In this document: in pieces, positions 31,337-32,000 of the stretch
Numbering within the stretch: the stretch's first letter is position 1
Layout of the letters: each line of letters begins with the position of its first letter
From: an archaeon
GTDB taxonomy: Archaea; Iainarchaeota; Iainarchaeia; Iainarchaeales; CSSED10-239
Reading direction: 5' to 3'
Assembly (NCBI GenBank): GCA_041657425.1
Contig: JBBABY010000002.1
Span: forward strand, 30,001-62,000
Length of the DNA stretch: 32,000 nt
Made by a program: the position numbers and the translations under genes
The notes under the pieces: generated by a model
Database searches by the model: none
Seen by the model: only the letters and a program-made list of their open reading frames with translations
Told to the model about the DNA's origin: nothing

Positions 31337-31756
31337 TTACCTTACAACAATTGTTCCATTCATATTTGAATGCATTGTACAATGGTATGCAAATTTTCCT
31401 GAAGAAGTGAATGTATAACTTTTACTATTTCCTAAAGTTATTTCTCCAGAATCAAAACCACCATTATCAAATGTTACTGTATGTGATACATTATCCATAT
31501 TTTTCCAAACAACTGTTGTTCCTGCATAAACTGTTATTGCTTGAGGTTTAAATGCAAGATTTGAAATTTGGATATTTACACTTCCTTGAGATTGAGAAGG
31601 AGTATTTGTTGTTTGTTTTAAATTATTCTCCGAATCATTAGTGGTTGTAGTAGTTGTAGTTGTTGTAGATTGGTTAAAATTTATTTTCTTTCTAAAAAAT
31701 AACAATACAATCATTATTCCAATTATTAAAAGAATTATCCAAATACTATTTATCAT
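31337..31756 (-). CDS. Membrane-anchored type-1 copper (cupredoxin, amicyanin/plastocyanin-like) protein
   Basis: 139-aa ORF with an N-terminal TM anchor and a Thr9 linker. A cupredoxin domain follows, with VVWKNMDNVSHTVTF (His ligand) and YHCTMHSNMNG. That gives C-x2-H-x2-M ligand spacing, as in amicyanin. Confidence 0.8.
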   Translation of the reverse strand: MINSIWIILLIIGIMIVLLFFRKKINFNQSTTTTTTTTTNDSENNLKQTTNTPSQSQGSVNIQISNLAFKPQAITVYAGTTVVWKNMDNVSHTVTFDNGGFDSGEITLGNSKSYTFTSSGKFAYHCTMHSNMNGTIVVR

Positions 31757-31866
31757 AACATTACCTTTTCTTCAGTTATTACATAATTATATACATAATA
31801 TAGTAACTAGGTGTGTATAAAGGGCAACAACAGATAACTATTGAAAGTTACTATAAACAAATAGAA

Positions 31867-31948
31867 TGCAGAAGGCAGGATTCGAACCTGCGAAGCACTA
31901 AGCACCAGATCTTGAGTCTGGCCCCTTTGACCGCTCGGGTACTCCTGC
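31867..31948 (-). tRNA. tRNA-Leu (anticodon CAA), long variable arm, no encoded CCA
   Basis: Hand-folded on the minus strand. The acceptor is GCAGGAG/CTTCTGC with one G-U pair. The anticodon stem is CCAGA/TCTGG with loop CTCAAGA. The variable region is 13 nt. The canonical T-arm is GCAGG-TTCGAAT-CCTGC and the discriminator is A. Confidence 0.85.
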
Positions 31949-32000
31949 TTTATAATATACTTAAATTAAAAACAATTTATAAACATTCATTTTTATATAA

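Noticed and set aside
30992-31369. 125-aa plus-strand ORF overlapping the BofA-like gene
   Set aside because: The minus-strand ORF has an AAGGAG SD and a coherent membrane-protein sequence. The plus-strand translation is Pro/Thr/Ile-rich shadow sequence.
31614-31680. Short periodic GTAGTTGTAGTTGTTGTAG-type tract
   Set aside because: It is the coding sequence of the Thr9 linker of the cupredoxin, not an independent repeat element.
1-32000. Search for CRISPR arrays, transposases, integrases, IS inverted repeats and prophage genes
   Set aside because: I found no regularly spaced repeats and no recombinase- or transposase-like ORFs in any frame. The only decay or acquisition signals are the permease relic and the isolated NERD-like gene.

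Overview
This is a gene-dense, visibly AT-rich window (roughly 70% A+T by eye) that reads as a small-genome archaeon, most consistent with a DPANN-type lineage. That placement is inference from gene content. Archaeal markers are deoxyhypusine synthase, an archaeal-type AspRS, FtsZ, Lrp/AsnC and COG2512-type regulators, an SRP (7S) RNA, two tRNAs without encoded CCA, and a mix of GGAGG-type Shine-Dalgarno and apparently leaderless starts. Housekeeping content is purA (partial), a HAM1/ITPase, uvrB, dhs, ftsZ, thrS, aspS, an EndoIII-like gene, tRNA-Val(CAC) and tRNA-Leu(CAA). The most unusual feature is a 1947-aa secreted protein (20454-26297, minus strand). Its C-terminal third carries three peptidoglycan-acting catalytic motif sets in a row: NlpC/P60-like Cys/His, YkuD L,D-transpeptidase HGT...SxGCIR, and SLT lytic-transglycosylase ES...GIAQ. 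Archaea do not make murein, so this looks like an effector acting on a bacterial partner or prey. It is transcribed divergently from a cluster encoding a small TM peptide, a secreted Asn-rich protein, a membrane-tethered wHTH regulator and a DUF333/Cys-rich protein, with a tandem 10-bp repeat in the shared intergenic region. Other notable points: an intact CYTH ORF has no ATG/GTG/TTG start and would fuse to the upstream 2-TM K+ channel by a +1 shift at AAA-TAA. A tight thrS-to-aspS-to-tRNA-Val gene string contains two tandem paralogous unknown proteins with conserved Lys/Pro-rich tails. The same string encodes a papain-like peptidase with a ~120-aa Cys-rich insertion between the catalytic His and Asn. 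There is also a decayed ABC-permease relic. No CRISPR array, transposase or integrase was seen. All family assignments come from motif reading by eye and need HMM or BLAST confirmation.
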